Positions 1-10,381 of a stretch of 64,000 nucleotides of DNA are shown here, in pieces. A program made the translations under genes and the position numbers. How positions within the stretch are numbered: the first letter of the stretch is position 1; each line of letters opens with the position of its first letter. The notes under the pieces were generated by a model. The model was not told where the DNA came from. It ran no database searches and saw nothing but the letters and a program-made list of their open reading frames with translations. Source of the stretch: Candidatus Aminicenantes bacterium (lineage in GTDB: Bacteria > Acidobacteriota > Aminicenantia > Aminicenantales > UBA4085); contig PLMN01000028.1 of the NCBI GenBank assembly GCA_003141555.1, forward strand, positions 2,785-66,784. Direction: 5' to 3'.

Positions 1-48
1 GAGGAAGCAACTTGAGAAACTAAGCCCATATTTCGCTGGTGTATAAGG

Positions 49-1373
49 ATGTTCGCAATTTGTTTTGAAGGAGGAGCCATCGTAAACTCTCTTCGAAGAC
101 CAATCCGAAAGAGAGGAGGAATTTTACTACGATGGCTCAACCGCATTATAGGACACCGTTCAAAAAAGCGCTATTGCAGTTCATCACGGAGCCGGATCCC
201 TTCCTGGCCATGCTCAAGTGGGTCATGACGGAGATGATGAGGATCGAGGCTGAAGCCAAGGTCGGGGCGACCAAAGGGAAGCACGCGTCAGAGCGGACGA
301 CGTATTTTTCCGGGGTCAGAGTCCGGCGGGTTGATACCCGCATGGGGACGATCTATCTGCTGGTCCCGAAGCTCCGGAAGGGCGGCTATGTGCCGTTCTT
401 CATCTCGGAAAGGCGGAGATCCGAGCAGGCGCTGATCGCCGTCGTCCAGGAAGCCTTTATCAACGGCGTCTCGACCCGAAAAATCGAACGGCTGGCCAAG
501 GCCATGGGCATCGAGAACATCTCCGCTTCCCAGGTCTCGGAGTTCAACAAGGACCTCGACGCCCAAGTCGCTGATTTTCGGACCCGGCCCCTGGCCGAGG
601 AATATCCGTTCCTCTGGATCGACGCCCTGTACCAGAAAGTCCGGGTCGAGGGGCGGGTAATATCTGTGGCCGTGATGATCGCCTGTGGGGTGAACCAGGC
701 CGGAATCCGTGAGATCCTGGCCGTGGAGCCCATGTTCGACGAATCCGAGGACAGCTGGCGATCGTTTTTCCGGAAGCTCAAGAGTCGGGGAATGAAAAGG
801 ACTGCGCTCTGTGTCTCTGACGCTCATGTCGGCATCCAAGCCGCGGTCCGCAAGGAGTGGCTGGGCGCCTCTTGGCAGCGCTGCAAGGTCCACTTCATGA
901 GGAACATCCTGGCCAAGGTCTCCCATCGCGAGAAAGGCCGTTTTGCGGCCCATCTGAAGCAGATCTGGCTCGAGCCCGATAAAAAGGGCGCCCGACGGGC
1001 GGCCGCGGCCCTGATCGAGGACTATGAGAAGCGGTTCCCTGATGCAATCCGATGCTTGGAGGAAGGGCTTGAGGACTCGCTCTCGTTCTACGACTTCCCG
1101 GAGGTTGACAAGAAGAGGATCTCCTCGACCAACGGCCAGGAGCGGCTGAACATGGAGATCCGCCGGCGGAGTCGCGTGGTCGGGGTGTTCCCCTCGCTCG
1201 AGTCCTATGTCCGCCTCACGATCTGCTATCTCGTCGAATACTCGGAAGACTGGGGAAGCGAACGCAGCTACATCCGGGAGGATAAGATCCTCGGATCCTT
1301 GGACAGGCTTCATGAGCTGACGGCTCAAGCGCCTAACTGAAGAGGCTTATGATGGCTCCGAAGTTGCGAACAT
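49..1373 (+). mobile_element. IS256-family insertion sequence; approximate boundaries from imperfect terminal inverted repeats
   Basis: Left end ATGTTCGCAA.. at 49-58 and right end ..TTGCGAACAT at 1364-1373 are reverse complements. A further shared GGAGCCATC / GATGGCTCC inner arm flanks a single mutator-type transposase ORF. No clean target-site duplication seen. Confidence 0.45.
132..1340 (+). CDS. IS256 family (mutator-type) transposase
   Basis: 402 aa. N-terminal MAQPHYRTPFKK...LAMLKWVMTEMMRIEAEAKVGA and overall architecture are typical of IS256/mutator transposases. RBS GGAGGA 8 nt upstream. Confidence 0.9.
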   Translation: MAQPHYRTPFKKALLQFITEPDPFLAMLKWVMTEMMRIEAEAKVGATKGKHASERTTYFSGVRVRRVDTRMGTIYLLVPKLRKGGYVPFFISERRRSEQALIAVVQEAFINGVSTRKIERLAKAMGIENISASQVSEFNKDLDAQVADFRTRPLAEEYPFLWIDALYQKVRVEGRVISVAVMIACGVNQAGIREILAVEPMFDESEDSWRSFFRKLKSRGMKRTALCVSDAHVGIQAAVRKEWLGASWQRCKVHFMRNILAKVSHREKGRFAAHLKQIWLEPDKKGARRAAAALIEDYEKRFPDAIRCLEEGLEDSLSFYDFPEVDKKRISSTNGQERLNMEIRRRSRVVGVFPSLESYVRLTICYLVEYSEDWGSERSYIREDKILGSLDRLHELTAQAPN

Positions 1374-1444
1374 TAGTTGACACGACCCATATTTCCCAGA
1401 TAGAAACCAAAAATTGCTATAATATTAGCTGCAAAGGCTGATGA

Positions 1445-1819
1445 ATAAAGGCTGATGGCGATATTAAAGCAGAAAAACGGAGAGACCTGATAGGTGAGAG
1501 CAAAAAAGAGGTCTTGCGGGTCCAGTTTGACCCCAGTGTGAAGCTGGAATTCCAGGGCGCAAAAATAACCAGTGATGGCGGTCTGCTGCTTTTCAGAGAG
1601 ATGGATGAAGTGATGGGATTGACGGTTTTGGCCGAGAAAATTCTTCAGGATCCGCGCACGGGCCAGAATACCTAGCACACGATGACGGCATTGCTTCGCC
1701 AAGCGGTATATGGACGGTTGGCCGGATACGAGGATACCAATGACGCCGAGCGGCTGCGAGTCGACCCGGCCCTGCAATGGGAGAATTCAATCTGTGATGG
1801 AGGAATCAGATGGCCTTGA
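1445..1819 (+). pseudogene. IS1380/IS4-like DDE transposase, N-terminal fragment with in-frame TAG, truncated after ~120 codons
   Basis: Frame translation ..VLRVQFDPSVKLEFQGAKITSDGGLLLFREMDEVMGLTVLAEKIL..(TAG)..LLRQAVYGRLAGYEDTNDAERLRVDPALQWE matches the conserved N-terminus of IS1380-type transposases. There is no ATG start, an internal stop at 1673-1675, and the gene ends ~330 codons early just before the ALDH gene. Confidence 0.5.
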
Positions 1820-1863
1820 TCGGTCATATGGGAAATCCCGGTTAAAATATGGAGGATTAAACA

Positions 1864-3327
1864 ATGGCAGTTGAACCAGCATCAAGCATGAGCACGCCAG
1901 ATTTCGGCGCCCTCGTCGCCCGTCACCGCAACTACTTCCTGTCGGGCGCGACCCGCTCTGCGGAATGGCGAAAAACCCAGTTGATCGCATTGCGGTCGAT
2001 GATGAAGGACCACGCCGAGGAGTTCTACGCCGCGTTGTGGACGGACCTCCGCCGCAACAGGACCGACGCGGATTGGACTGATGTGAAGTACATGACCAGC
2101 GAGATCGACCACGTGCTTGCTCACCTTCGGCGATGGATGAAGCCGTTAGCGGTGAGCACGCCTCTCGTTCTGACACCATCCCACACGCAGGTGCAGTTCG
2201 ATCCTCTCGGGGTCGGGCTGATTATCGGCACGTGGAACTATCCAGTGATGATGGTACTGTCAGCGTTAGTCTCGGCGATTTCCGCGGGGAACGCGGCTGT
2301 TATCAAGCCATCGGAAGTATCTCTAGCCACCGCCGAAGTGATCGCACGGCTCGTCCCCGAGTATCTGGACCGCAACGCGTTTTCAGTAGTGCTCGGCGCG
2401 GTACCCGAGACTACGGCACTACTGGAGCAGCAATGGGACCACATCTTTTTTACAGGTGGCTCGACCGTCGCCAAGGTGGTCATGACCGCGGCAGCGAAAC
2501 ATTTGACCCCAGTCGTGCTCGAACTGGGCGGGAAGAATCCCACCATCGTGCACTCCTCAGCCAACCTGCGCGTCGCGGCGCACCGCATCGCCTACGGGCG
2601 CTGGTTTAATTCGGGCCAGACGTGCACGGCGCCGGACTATGTCCTCGTGTTCAAGGACGTTGCCAAGGCATTTCTAGGACACCTGAAAGAAACGTTGCTT
2701 CAGTTCTACGGAGAGGATCCGCAGAAAAGCCCGGATTATGGCCGGATCGCCAGTTCCCATCACTTTGACCGTCTGACGAAGCTGCTCAGCAGCGGGACGA
2801 TCTTTCATGGTGGGCAGCACGACGGGACGGACCGTTTTATCGCGCCAACGGTGCTGGTCAACGTGTCGCCGGACTCGCCCGCAATGCAGGAAGAGATTTT
2901 CGGCCCCATCCTACCGGTACTGGAGGTCGCCGACGTTCGGGAAGTGATCGACTTCGTCAACGCGCGGCCGAGCCCTCTCGGTCTGTACTTGTTCTCTGAC
3001 GATCGGTCCGTAACCAAGCAGATCCTGAACTCGACGACATCGGGGGATGCCTGCGTCAACGACTGTACCCTTCAGCCGATCCTCCATGATTTGCCATTCG
3101 GCGGCGTCGGCAACTCCGGAATGGGCAAATATCACGGCGAGTGGGGATTCCGTACGTACACAAACGCGCGCGGTGTTCTGTACCACAGCACGCGACTCGA
3201 CTCAGCCGTCCGTTATCCTCCTTACGACCGTAACCAGAGGCTGCGGGAATTTGTGTTAAAGAGTGCTTCGATGGCTCCAAAATTACGAGCTTCTCTTGGC
3301 TCGTACCGGATTCCACTCGATTCGTAG
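1864..3327 (+). CDS. NAD(P)+-dependent aldehyde dehydrogenase, class 3 / fatty-aldehyde dehydrogenase-like
   Basis: 487 aa. Catalytic-Glu motif ELGGKNP and catalytic-Cys region GQTCTAPDYV are present, plus ALDH3-like overall spacing. RBS GGAGGA upstream. Confidence 0.85.
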   Translation: MAVEPASSMSTPDFGALVARHRNYFLSGATRSAEWRKTQLIALRSMMKDHAEEFYAALWTDLRRNRTDADWTDVKYMTSEIDHVLAHLRRWMKPLAVSTPLVLTPSHTQVQFDPLGVGLIIGTWNYPVMMVLSALVSAISAGNAAVIKPSEVSLATAEVIARLVPEYLDRNAFSVVLGAVPETTALLEQQWDHIFFTGGSTVAKVVMTAAAKHLTPVVLELGGKNPTIVHSSANLRVAAHRIAYGRWFNSGQTCTAPDYVLVFKDVAKAFLGHLKETLLQFYGEDPQKSPDYGRIASSHHFDRLTKLLSSGTIFHGGQHDGTDRFIAPTVLVNVSPDSPAMQEEIFGPILPVLEVADVREVIDFVNARPSPLGLYLFSDDRSVTKQILNSTTSGDACVNDCTLQPILHDLPFGGVGNSGMGKYHGEWGFRTYTNARGVLYHSTRLDSAVRYPPYDRNQRLREFVLKSASMAPKLRASLGSYRIPLDS

Positions 3328-3513
3328 ATCATCGAAGGCTTAATCGAAGACAACCGACTTCACCAATGACGTCATGGACAAAGCGGACTGAATGGAGATC
3401 GAAAGGATATGCTTATTTCCGGCTTTACTTCTATACGCAGCAAGATGAGATATATGATTTAATAGGTCAATTGCTTTTTCGAAGTGATCCGTCGATGACG
3501 AGGATGAATTCAC

Positions 3514-5217
3514 ATGAACTCGATAAAACTTCTCCTGGTTTCTGTCTTCGGGCCCTTCGGGGTGAGGGACGATTACGCTGAGGGAAATGGAATGCAGATG
3601 GAACTCTTCAACAACCAGATCACGAGGCAGCAGGGAGTCCACTCGCCCCGGCAGTCCTACTGGAGTTTCCCGCTGTACCTGCTCGCGGAGAATGTCTCGG
3701 TGCCTGCAACTGTTCTCGATTTTCCCGCCTGGGAAGAATTCACGAGGGAACTGGAAAAGGGTTACACTCACGTGGGCATCACTTTCATCGTCCCCAACGT
3801 CCTGAAGGCTCGAAGGATGGCCGAGCACATTAGATCGAAGCACCCTGAGATGAAGATAATACTGGGCGGCTTCGGCACCATGGTCCCGGCCCTGGAGACC
3901 ATCGTTCTCCACGACGGTGTATGCGACGGCGAGGGTGTGGAGTGGCTGAGGCGGTACTTCGGGGAAGACCCATCGGCACCCATCGTGCATCCTGCCATTT
4001 TCGGCCCAGCCTACGAGTACATCTATGGGGCAAGGATTCCCACGAAGGGGTCGATCCTGCTCACCGGGGTGGGATGCAACAATGCCTGCGAGTTTTGCGC
4101 CACCTCCTTCAAGTTCGGCAAGAAGTATGTGCCCTTCATGTCGACCGGGGCCCAGGTGTTCGATGCCTGTCTGAAGTCCGAAAAGGAACTGGGTTCAAGG
4201 GGATTTGCCATTATCGATGAGAATTTCCTCAAGAAGCCCCAACGGGCCAGGGAACTTCTTGCCCAGTTGGAGGCGCAGGAGAAGACCTACGTCTTCGACA
4301 TATTCTCCTCTGCCGAGGTGATCACCGATGTAGGCATCGATTTCCTCGTGCGACTCGGCATACACGTGATCTGGATCGGTGTCGAGTCGAGGGCGAACAC
4401 CCATGCGAAGCTTAAGGACATAGACATCGGCAACCTGATAGCTCAGCTCCAGGAAAATGGCATCTCGGTGATAACATCCGGCATCCTTTTCCTTGACCAC
4501 CACGACCAAGAGACCATCAGGGAAGATATCGAGTGGATCATTGGTCTCGGTTCCGACATGACCCAGTTCATGAACTACACACCCTACCCATGCACCGGCT
4601 TGTATGCAAGGCTCGCCGGGGAGGGAAGGCTCAAGGACATCCACTTTCGCTTCCACCATGGCGCGGGAGAACTAAACTGGAATCACCCGTACATCGTTGA
4701 TCCAAAGGAACAGGCTAACCTGCTGAAAGAAGCATTCAGGAGGAAGTACGAGGGCAGCGGCCCCGGCATCCTCAACATGGCCATCACCGCCATCCGGGGC
4801 TATGCGAAGGCCGAGGCCAATAGAACACGGAGGGAGGCGGAATCGCTTGTCTGGAACCCCGAGAGTCTGCAATACGAGAAGAGTGACCATCCTGCTGACG
4901 ACGTGTTCATGCGCCAGAGGATCAGACGTCTCCAGAAGATCGCCTTGAACTTGCGCCCCGTCCTGCTTCCTGCCCTCTTGTTCGCACCCAACAGGGCTTC
5001 CAGGATGAAGGCCTGGAATGCGATGAGACTGTATAAGAAAGTCCTTGGCAGATCCGGCCCGAGGGTGATCATAAAGGGGATCTTCCTGGTATTCACGGGT
5101 TTCATGGAACAAATCAAGCTGTGGTTCAGGAGAGCAAGCAGGTATGAGGATATCGTCTTTCAGCCTCCCAGTCGCAGGGTGGAGTACAGGATTCCTCGGT
5201 CGGAAATGGTAAACTGA
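3514..5217 (+). CDS. B12-binding-domain radical SAM protein, function unknown
   Basis: 567 aa. N-terminal Rossmann-like B12-binding-type segment (KIILGGFGTMVPAL) followed by the radical-SAM cysteine triad GVGCNNACEFCATSF (CxxxCxxC). C-terminal ~120 aa is hydrophobic/basic. GC is visibly lower than in neighbouring genes. Confidence 0.7.
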   Translation: MNSIKLLLVSVFGPFGVRDDYAEGNGMQMELFNNQITRQQGVHSPRQSYWSFPLYLLAENVSVPATVLDFPAWEEFTRELEKGYTHVGITFIVPNVLKARRMAEHIRSKHPEMKIILGGFGTMVPALETIVLHDGVCDGEGVEWLRRYFGEDPSAPIVHPAIFGPAYEYIYGARIPTKGSILLTGVGCNNACEFCATSFKFGKKYVPFMSTGAQVFDACLKSEKELGSRGFAIIDENFLKKPQRARELLAQLEAQEKTYVFDIFSSAEVITDVGIDFLVRLGIHVIWIGVESRANTHAKLKDIDIGNLIAQLQENGISVITSGILFLDHHDQETIREDIEWIIGLGSDMTQFMNYTPYPCTGLYARLAGEGRLKDIHFRFHHGAGELNWNHPYIVDPKEQANLLKEAFRRKYEGSGPGILNMAITAIRGYAKAEANRTRREAESLVWNPESLQYEKSDHPADDVFMRQRIRRLQKIALNLRPVLLPALLFAPNRASRMKAWNAMRLYKKVLGRSGPRVIIKGIFLVFTGFMEQIKLWFRRASRYEDIVFQPPSRRVEYRIPRSEMVN

Positions 5218-5460
5218 ATTGTTAGGGCAATGGTAAGCAGAATTCCCATTGTCTGATCCTCTCGATCGTTTCCCAACTTATTGCCCTGTCAAGTTTTTGG
5301 GGTCCACCTCACAATCCGTGGGCGAAACTTTTGAGCTTCTTCGACCGGCTGGGGTGCTTGAGTTTGCGCAGAGCCTTTAAGTTCTTTTCGGAGACAGATG
5401 AAGGATATGTCTTAATATATTGTTGATTGAGGTTCATTCACTATTTTGGCTTCACTGAAT

Positions 5461-6984
5461 TCAATAATACCTATCCATCGCCCGGTACTGGATCGCCTCG
5501 CTTAAATGCGCAGGGCCGATATCTTCCGCCCCCGCCAGGTCCGCGATCGTCCGCGCGACTTTAAGTGACCGGTCATAAGCCCGGGCGCTGAAGCCCAGCT
5601 TGGTCACGGCCGCCTCGAGCAGCCGCTCTCCTTCACGATCGATCCGGCAGAAGGCCTTGACCTCGCGCACGCCCATCTGGGCGTTAGCGAAGATCCGTCG
5701 CGTCTCGAAACGGGCAAGCTGGATCTTTCTCGCGCGCACCACTCGCTCCCGGATGGACATCGAGCTCTCGCCTTCGGTCCGGCCCACGATGTCCTGGAAC
5801 TTCACCCCGGGCACCTCGACCTGGATGTCGATCCGGTCGAGCAGCGGCCCCGAGATCTTGGCGTAGTATTTGCCCCGCTGGACGTCCGTGCATTCCTCCT
5901 CCCGGCGGGCCAGCCCGCGCAGGACATCTTCGCAGGGGTTCATAGCCGCGACGAGCATGAAGGACGACGGAAACGCGACCGTCATCGACGCGCGCGCGAT
6001 CGTCACCTGACCGTCCTCGACGGGCTGGCGCAGGCCCTCGAGCGCCTTGCGGTCGAATTCCGGCAGCTCATCCAGGAAGAGAACGCCGTGGTGGGCCAGG
6101 CTGACCTCGCCCGGCCTCGGGATCACGCCCCCGCCGATCAGCCCCGCTCCGGAAATCGTATGATGGGGAGCGCGGAACGGGCGCCGAACGATCGCCCCCT
6201 GCCCGGGCCGCAGCAGCCCGGCGGCGCTGTGGACCTGGGTCGCGCCGATCATCTCCTCGAATGTCATATCCGGGAGGATCGTGGGCAGGCGCCGGGCGAG
6301 CATCGTCTTTCCGGAGCCGGGCGGCCCGATGAGGAGGATGTTGTGGGCCCCGGCCGCGGCCACCTCGAGGGCGCGCTTTACGTGGGGCTGGCCCTTGACC
6401 TCGCGAAAATCCACCTCATGGTTCGACGCGGAGAGGACCTCGTCGGGCCAGGCCGCGCTCGGGGCGACGCGCCCGGGGTCGGTCAGAAGCTCCACCACCT
6501 GGACTAGGTCCGCCAGGCCGTAGATCGCCAAGCCGTCGACGAGCGCCGCCTCGCGCTCGTTGTCTTTGGGGACGACGAGGCCCCGGAAGCCGGCCGACTT
6601 GGCCAGAAGCGCCGCGGAGAGAACCCCTTTCACGGGCTTTAGCCGCCCGTCCAGGGCCAGCTCCCCGAGGACGAGATAATCCTTGAATCCCGCCGGGTCG
6701 ACGACCCCCAGGAAGGCCAGATGTCCCAGGGCGATCGGCAGGTCGAAGGCCGGCCCCTCCTTCCGCCGGTCCGCGGGCGCGAGGTTGACGGTCACCTTGC
6801 GCGAGGGAAAATCGTACCCACAGTTCTTGAGGGAGGCTTTGACCCGCTGCTGGCTCTCGCGGACCGAGGCGTCGGGCAAGCCGACGACGATATAGCTGGG
6901 AAGCCCCCCGCCGACATCCACCTCGACCTCGACGACATAGGCCTCGATGCCGCACAGGGCCGCGCTGAAGGATTTGATGAGCAT
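5461..6984 (-). CDS. comM: YifB/ComM family Mg-chelatase-like AAA+ ATPase
   Basis: 507 aa. MLIKSFSAALCGIEAYVVEVEVD...VVGLPDASVRESQQRVKASLKNCGYDFP N-domain and Walker A GPPGSGKTMLARRL. Full-length match to the YifB/ComM family. Confidence 0.9.
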   Translation of the reverse strand: MLIKSFSAALCGIEAYVVEVEVDVGGGLPSYIVVGLPDASVRESQQRVKASLKNCGYDFPSRKVTVNLAPADRRKEGPAFDLPIALGHLAFLGVVDPAGFKDYLVLGELALDGRLKPVKGVLSAALLAKSAGFRGLVVPKDNEREAALVDGLAIYGLADLVQVVELLTDPGRVAPSAAWPDEVLSASNHEVDFREVKGQPHVKRALEVAAAGAHNILLIGPPGSGKTMLARRLPTILPDMTFEEMIGATQVHSAAGLLRPGQGAIVRRPFRAPHHTISGAGLIGGGVIPRPGEVSLAHHGVLFLDELPEFDRKALEGLRQPVEDGQVTIARASMTVAFPSSFMLVAAMNPCEDVLRGLARREEECTDVQRGKYYAKISGPLLDRIDIQVEVPGVKFQDIVGRTEGESSMSIRERVVRARKIQLARFETRRIFANAQMGVREVKAFCRIDREGERLLEAAVTKLGFSARAYDRSLKVARTIADLAGAEDIGPAHLSEAIQYRAMDRYY

Positions 6985-7082
6985 GCCGTCCCTGGGAAAG
7001 ACGGCGGGCGCGGGGATTTTATATCAGGCCGCCGCCGTTTTCTTTCCCCGGCTCGGGGCATGCGGCCGATTAAGGCCTCGGC

Positions 7083-8246
7083 TTAAAGCGCGGAAAACAC
7101 CGAGATGTATTTCCCGATGATCGCATCCCAGGTGTAGTTCTCCCGGACATAGGCCAGGCCGTTCCTCCCCAGCAGCTTGCGAAGGCGCCGATCGCGCACG
7201 AGAAGCTCCAGGGCGACGCCGAACTCCTCCGCGGTCCGGTAAAATAATCCGCCGTTTCCGGCAAGGCAGTGCTGGCGCAGGGGATCGGTCGCACCCTGGA
7301 CGAGGATGGGGGTTTGAACCGCCATCGATTCGAGGGCGGCCATGCATAGGCTCTCGAGATGCGAGGGGTGGACGGTGGCCATAGCCTGGGCCATTGCCGT
7401 GTTCTTTTCCTCGGGTGGGACGAAGCCGAGATAGCGGATCCGCGGATGGGCCGGAAGGGGCATGAGAAGGTTCCCGATGAAGGCCAGGTCCAGATCGCGG
7501 AGGCGGGGGCTCGCCCGGAGGAACGCGTCGAGGAGCTCGGCGCAACCCTTGCCGGGCTCGATCCGCCCGGCGTAGAGGAGATAGGGCGCGAAGGCGCGGT
7601 ATTTCGCGGCGAAGGGCGAATCCTCGAGGCCCTCGGGGATATCGACGCCGACGCCGACCGTGTCCTGGTATTTGCCCTCGAACCCGAAATAGCGGCCGAG
7701 CATCGCCTTCTCGGCCTCGGTGTTGAACATGAACGCCGCCGGCGGCGCGAAGACCTCCTTCATGATCTCGAGGTGGAGGGCGGGCTCGTCATGGGCGGTC
7801 GGCACCAGGATCTTGGGCCCCTTGATCGCCTTCAGCCCCCAGTACGTGTTGTAATAAAGGTAGGTGAAGAACACGAACCGATCGTGGCTCCCTTCATCCG
7901 CCTCGAGGGCCCGGATCAGGGCGGGCGCGTACGGGCCCTGCTCCTCCATCCAGCGCAGCTCGTCGTCCCGGCCGTGGGGGTTGAAGAAGATCCAGTCGGA
8001 GTATGCGTTGAAAGACCGGATATCGCGCGGCTTGGCCACGGGAAAGCGGCGGATGACCACACCGTTCAGCACCGACTCGCCCTCGGGGTAGACGTTCTCC
8101 CATGTCACGTAATCCCGGGCCGTGGTCGTGTAGACCGTGCAGTCGTAGCCGCGGTCGGCCAGGCGCTCCGCCACCAGCCGGCAGTGGAGCTCGGACCCGC
8201 CCATGACCTCCTTGCCGTAGCGCTGGACCACGAAGGCGATCTTCAT
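7083..8246 (-). CDS. Glycosyltransferase family 4 (group 1), type A, copy 2
   Basis: 387 aa. Begins [41 protein letters not shown], a typical GT4 N-domain. Paralog of 10382..11551. Start ATG forms an ATGA overlap with the upstream gene stop. Confidence 0.75.
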   Translation of the reverse strand: MKIAFVVQRYGKEVMGGSELHCRLVAERLADRGYDCTVYTTTARDYVTWENVYPEGESVLNGVVIRRFPVAKPRDIRSFNAYSDWIFFNPHGRDDELRWMEEQGPYAPALIRALEADEGSHDRFVFFTYLYYNTYWGLKAIKGPKILVPTAHDEPALHLEIMKEVFAPPAAFMFNTEAEKAMLGRYFGFEGKYQDTVGVGVDIPEGLEDSPFAAKYRAFAPYLLYAGRIEPGKGCAELLDAFLRASPRLRDLDLAFIGNLLMPLPAHPRIRYLGFVPPEEKNTAMAQAMATVHPSHLESLCMAALESMAVQTPILVQGATDPLRQHCLAGNGGLFYRTAEEFGVALELLVRDRRLRKLLGRNGLAYVRENYTWDAIIGKYISVFSAL

Positions 8247-9313
8247 CGGGACCTCAGCTCTTCGAAGCGGGCCAGGAGGAATTCCTCGCGGGGGAAGGCC
8301 TTGAGCCGGGCGAGCTCGCGCCGGCCGGCGGCCCGCAGCCGGTCGCGCAGAGCCGCGTCCCGGGCGACGATGTCCACGAGCTCGGCCGCGCGGTCCGGGC
8401 GGAACGAGCTCACCAGGACCCCCGATTCGCCCAGAGTGTAGGGCACGGCCGTGGACGCCAGGGCGACGACGGGCAGATCGAAGATCATGCTTTCGACGAG
8501 GGGCAGGCAGAAGCCTTCGTGCTCGCTGAGCGAGAGGAAAACGTCCGAAGCCTTATAGACGGCATACATCTCCTCGTCGGGGACGTGACCCAGGAACCGG
8601 ACCTCCTCGGGCTTCAAGTGGAACTCGTCCGCCATCCGGCTGACGCTTTCATAATACGAAGGGAAGGTTCCGGCCTTGCCGACCACGATCAGCCGGACGA
8701 GGGGCGAGATGTATTTTTTGAAGTAAAAGACGGTCTTGATCAGGTTCTCGATGCGCTTGTTGGGCGCGACGCGGCCGACGAACAGGATGTTCACCCGGTC
8801 GTCGCGCAGGAAATCGTACATGAAGCGGCTCATGGGCCGCTCGTACTTGGCGAAGTCGACGAACAGGGGGAAGACGTGCGTGTTGCCGTAGCCCAGAGCC
8901 GCGAGCTCGAGCCGGTTGAACTCCGAGTCCGCCAGGGCGAGGTCGACCGACGGCTCGAGCCACCGCAGCTCGCGCCGGCCGATGCGGGAGATGCGGGCCA
9001 TCTCCGGGTTCAAGCCCTCGAAGAACTCGGGCGGGGTGATGTTGTGATAGAGGATCGCTTTCTTGGACGGCAGCGCGGCCAGGCCCTGGGTCAGCGGGGA
9101 CGGGAGGGCAAAATGGAGGAGGGTGATGTCCGAGGCCGCGGGCGGAGGGAAGTCGCCGAACAGCCGCGCCTCGCCCTCCTGGCCGCGGTCGCGGGTCAGG
9201 CAGTAGATCTCCGACTCGTAGCCCCGGCTCCGGAGAAAGCCCCTGAGCTCGTAGGCCTCGTCGCCGATCGCGTCGCCGCGATGGAAGGCCGGGACCAGCT
9301 GATCGATCCTCAT
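8243..9313 (-). CDS. Glycosyltransferase family 4, type B, copy 2
   Basis: 356 aa when started at [19 protein letters not shown] (ATG 9313..9311, ATGA overlap with upstream stop). The listed 411-aa ORF carries an N-terminal high-GC extension. GT4 EX7E motif [11 protein letters not shown]. Confidence 0.7.
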   Translation of the reverse strand: MRIDQLVPAFHRGDAIGDEAYELRGFLRSRGYESEIYCLTRDRGQEGEARLFGDFPPPAASDITLLHFALPSPLTQGLAALPSKKAILYHNITPPEFFEGLNPEMARISRIGRRELRWLEPSVDLALADSEFNRLELAALGYGNTHVFPLFVDFAKYERPMSRFMYDFLRDDRVNILFVGRVAPNKRIENLIKTVFYFKKYISPLVRLIVVGKAGTFPSYYESVSRMADEFHLKPEEVRFLGHVPDEEMYAVYKASDVFLSLSEHEGFCLPLVESMIFDLPVVALASTAVPYTLGESGVLVSSFRPDRAAELVDIVARDAALRDRLRAAGRRELARLKAFPREEFLLARFEELRSR

Positions 9314-10377
9314 CCCCGACCGATCCTCTCGACGTGCTCGAGCAAGACGCGGCTGACGTTCGACCGGCTGAACTTCTCGAGTGAGCGGAGCTGGCCCTCG
9401 ACGATCCGCGCCCGCAGCACCCTGTCCCGCTGGATCAGGTCGATGGCCGCCGCCGTCCGGAGGAAGTCCTTCCGGCAAAGGACGACGCCTCCGCCGTTCA
9501 TGGTCTCTTCGACCGCGCCGGCGGCGAAGCCGAACACCGGGATCCGGTTGTAGAAGGCCTCGAGGATCGGCACGCCGAACCCCTCGTGCTCGCTCAGGGA
9601 CAGATAGACATGAGCTGCTTTATAGAACGCCAGAAGCTCGGGGAACTCGAGGTGGTTGCTAAAATGGACGTCGGTCAGGCGCAGCCGGGCGGCGAGGTCC
9701 TGGAGCGAGGCCAGGTAGCGCTCCTGGCCCCGGTGGTCCCCGGCCAGGACGAGGCGGGAGTCGGGGTTGAAGTGCTTCTTGTAGAAATAGAAGGTCCTGA
9801 GGAGATCCTCGAACTTCTTGTTGGGGATGACCCGGCCGACGAAAAGGAGCGTTGTCTTGCCGTCGGCGAACAGGCGGGCGGTGACGGGATCGGGCCGGCC
9901 GTCGAACTTGGAAAAATCCATGAGGACGGGCAGGACGCCCGTGGCCTTGTAGCCGACGGCTTCGAGCTCCCGGCGGTTGAAGTCGGAGTCGCCCAGGGCC
10001 AGGTCGACCTTGTCCACGAAGAGGTTGATCTCGAGGCGGCCCTTGTAGCATTCCCGGGCGAGGATGCGGTGGGCGCCGACGAAGAACTCGGGGGGGGTGA
10101 TGTTGTGATAGATCATGATCTTCCGGTCCGGGACGCGGAAGAACATCTTCGAAACCGGCGAGCCGATCGAGAAATGGAAGATGACGACGTTCGACGGGGA
10201 GCTGAACTTCTTGTAATCGCGGTAGTCGCGGACATGGCGGGCCGACCGGGGGTCGAACATCTTGACGAAGATCTCGGACCGGAACCCGTTCTCGCGGAGC
10301 ACGCTCCGGATCTCGAGCATCTCGTCCGAGATCGCGTCGCCATAGCTCAGCGAGGTGGCGAATTGATGGACGTCCAT
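9310..10377 (-). CDS. Glycosyltransferase family 4, type B, copy 1
   Basis: 355 aa when started at MDVHQFATSLSYGDAISDE (ATG 10377..10375). Motif EGFGVPILEAF. Collinear paralog of 8243..9313. Confidence 0.7.
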   Translation of the reverse strand: MDVHQFATSLSYGDAISDEMLEIRSVLRENGFRSEIFVKMFDPRSARHVRDYRDYKKFSSPSNVVIFHFSIGSPVSKMFFRVPDRKIMIYHNITPPEFFVGAHRILARECYKGRLEINLFVDKVDLALGDSDFNRRELEAVGYKATGVLPVLMDFSKFDGRPDPVTARLFADGKTTLLFVGRVIPNKKFEDLLRTFYFYKKHFNPDSRLVLAGDHRGQERYLASLQDLAARLRLTDVHFSNHLEFPELLAFYKAAHVYLSLSEHEGFGVPILEAFYNRIPVFGFAAGAVEETMNGGGVVLCRKDFLRTAAAIDLIQRDRVLRARIVEGQLRSLEKFSRSNVSRVLLEHVERIGRG

Positions 10378-10381
10378 GGGC

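Noticed and set aside
5220-5460. Possible 42-codon minus-strand ORF (MNLNQQYIKTYPSS...KSFAHGL) and a weak hairpin (CAATGG/CCATTG) in the AT-rich convergent intergenic region
   Set aside because: Too short, no recognisable family, and weak start context. Most likely a terminator-rich spacer between convergent genes.
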